Positions 63,301 to 64,000 of a stretch of 64,000 nucleotides of DNA are shown piece by piece (the first letter of the stretch is position 1; each line of letters opens with the position of its first letter). Under the pieces are notes generated by a model. The model was not told the DNA's origin. It did no database searches and was given only the letters and a program-made list of their open reading frames with translations. A program made the position numbers and the translations under genes. This DNA is from Octopus vulgaris. Its lineage: Eukaryota. The stretch is from positions 14,508,001 through 14,572,000 of the forward strand of contig OX597841.1 of assembly GCA_951406725.2 (NCBI GenBank), in the 5' to 3' direction.

Positions 63301-64000
63301 TAAGCAAGGAACACAAATGCAACAGCAACAACAATTGCCACAACATCACCATTGAATTAAATCTGTAGTCAGAGGTTCAAATCCCAGTAAGGCCACAAGA
63401 AATTTCCTCACCCCCCCCCCTCCACTATTTTTTGCATAATATTTAATATACACATCATTCTGCTTCTCAACAATCAACAACAGCAATTATATGGAAAGGA
63501 AGATCTTATTCTGGTTTCAATTCCAGCTCATGGTCCGTCAAGGGTCATTTTTTCTCCATTTTTCCCCCCATTTTGTTTATTGTTGCTTTTTTTGTATATT
63601 TATTATTTTATTGTTTTTTTTTTAAATAAATTATTTAATACCGAAGTAAGGTTGTGAGCTGACAGAATCGTTTGAGCATCCGATGAAATGCTTTGTGGTA
63701 TTCCTGCCAGGTGTTAACATTTCCAGGTTCAAATTCCACAAAGGTCAACTTTACCTTTAATCCTTTTGGTGGGGGGGGGGTCAATGAAAAAAGTACCGGT
63801 TATGTACTAGGATTAAGGAAACTGACTAGCCCCTACCTCAAAAATGCTGGCCTAGTTGTATGGGGCAACACATCAGACTCATTGACTGGAGCTACATAAC
63901 CTCTCTAGAAACGGAGGAAGGAATAGATCATGGACAGTTAATTTTGTAAATAAAAATTTGAGAACAAAATTCAACTGGCGATAAATTTGGGTAAGGTGGA

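Overview
Eukaryotic, repeat-saturated genomic DNA. The tRNA-derived SINE families and dense microsatellites resemble Octopus (coleoid cephalopod); this is recalled, not searched. The main gene is a 12-exon NIPA-like Mg2+ transporter (NIPAL2/3 family) on the + strand, CDS 20913..61416, 431 aa. I assembled it by hand: all introns are GT-AG and phase-consistent, and intron 1 is 23.6 kb. A divergent, repeat-free minus-strand gene (ORF 4760..4011) has a GC-box/TATA promoter and encodes an orphan-looking protein with Myc-box-like motifs in Myc order plus an AT-hook, but no bHLH-ZIP. The rest is RTE and CR1-like LINE fragments, a Penelope-type GIY-YIG fragment, mariner/piggyBac/Helitron derivatives, SINEs, and 88-, ~124- and 24-bp tandem arrays. 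The most notable hidden signal is a set of minimal type-I hammerhead ribozyme motifs (about 9, intact to degenerate) in short TA-inserted repeats. One lies downstream of a tRNA-like Pol III head, suggesting a ribozyme-carrying SINE-like element.
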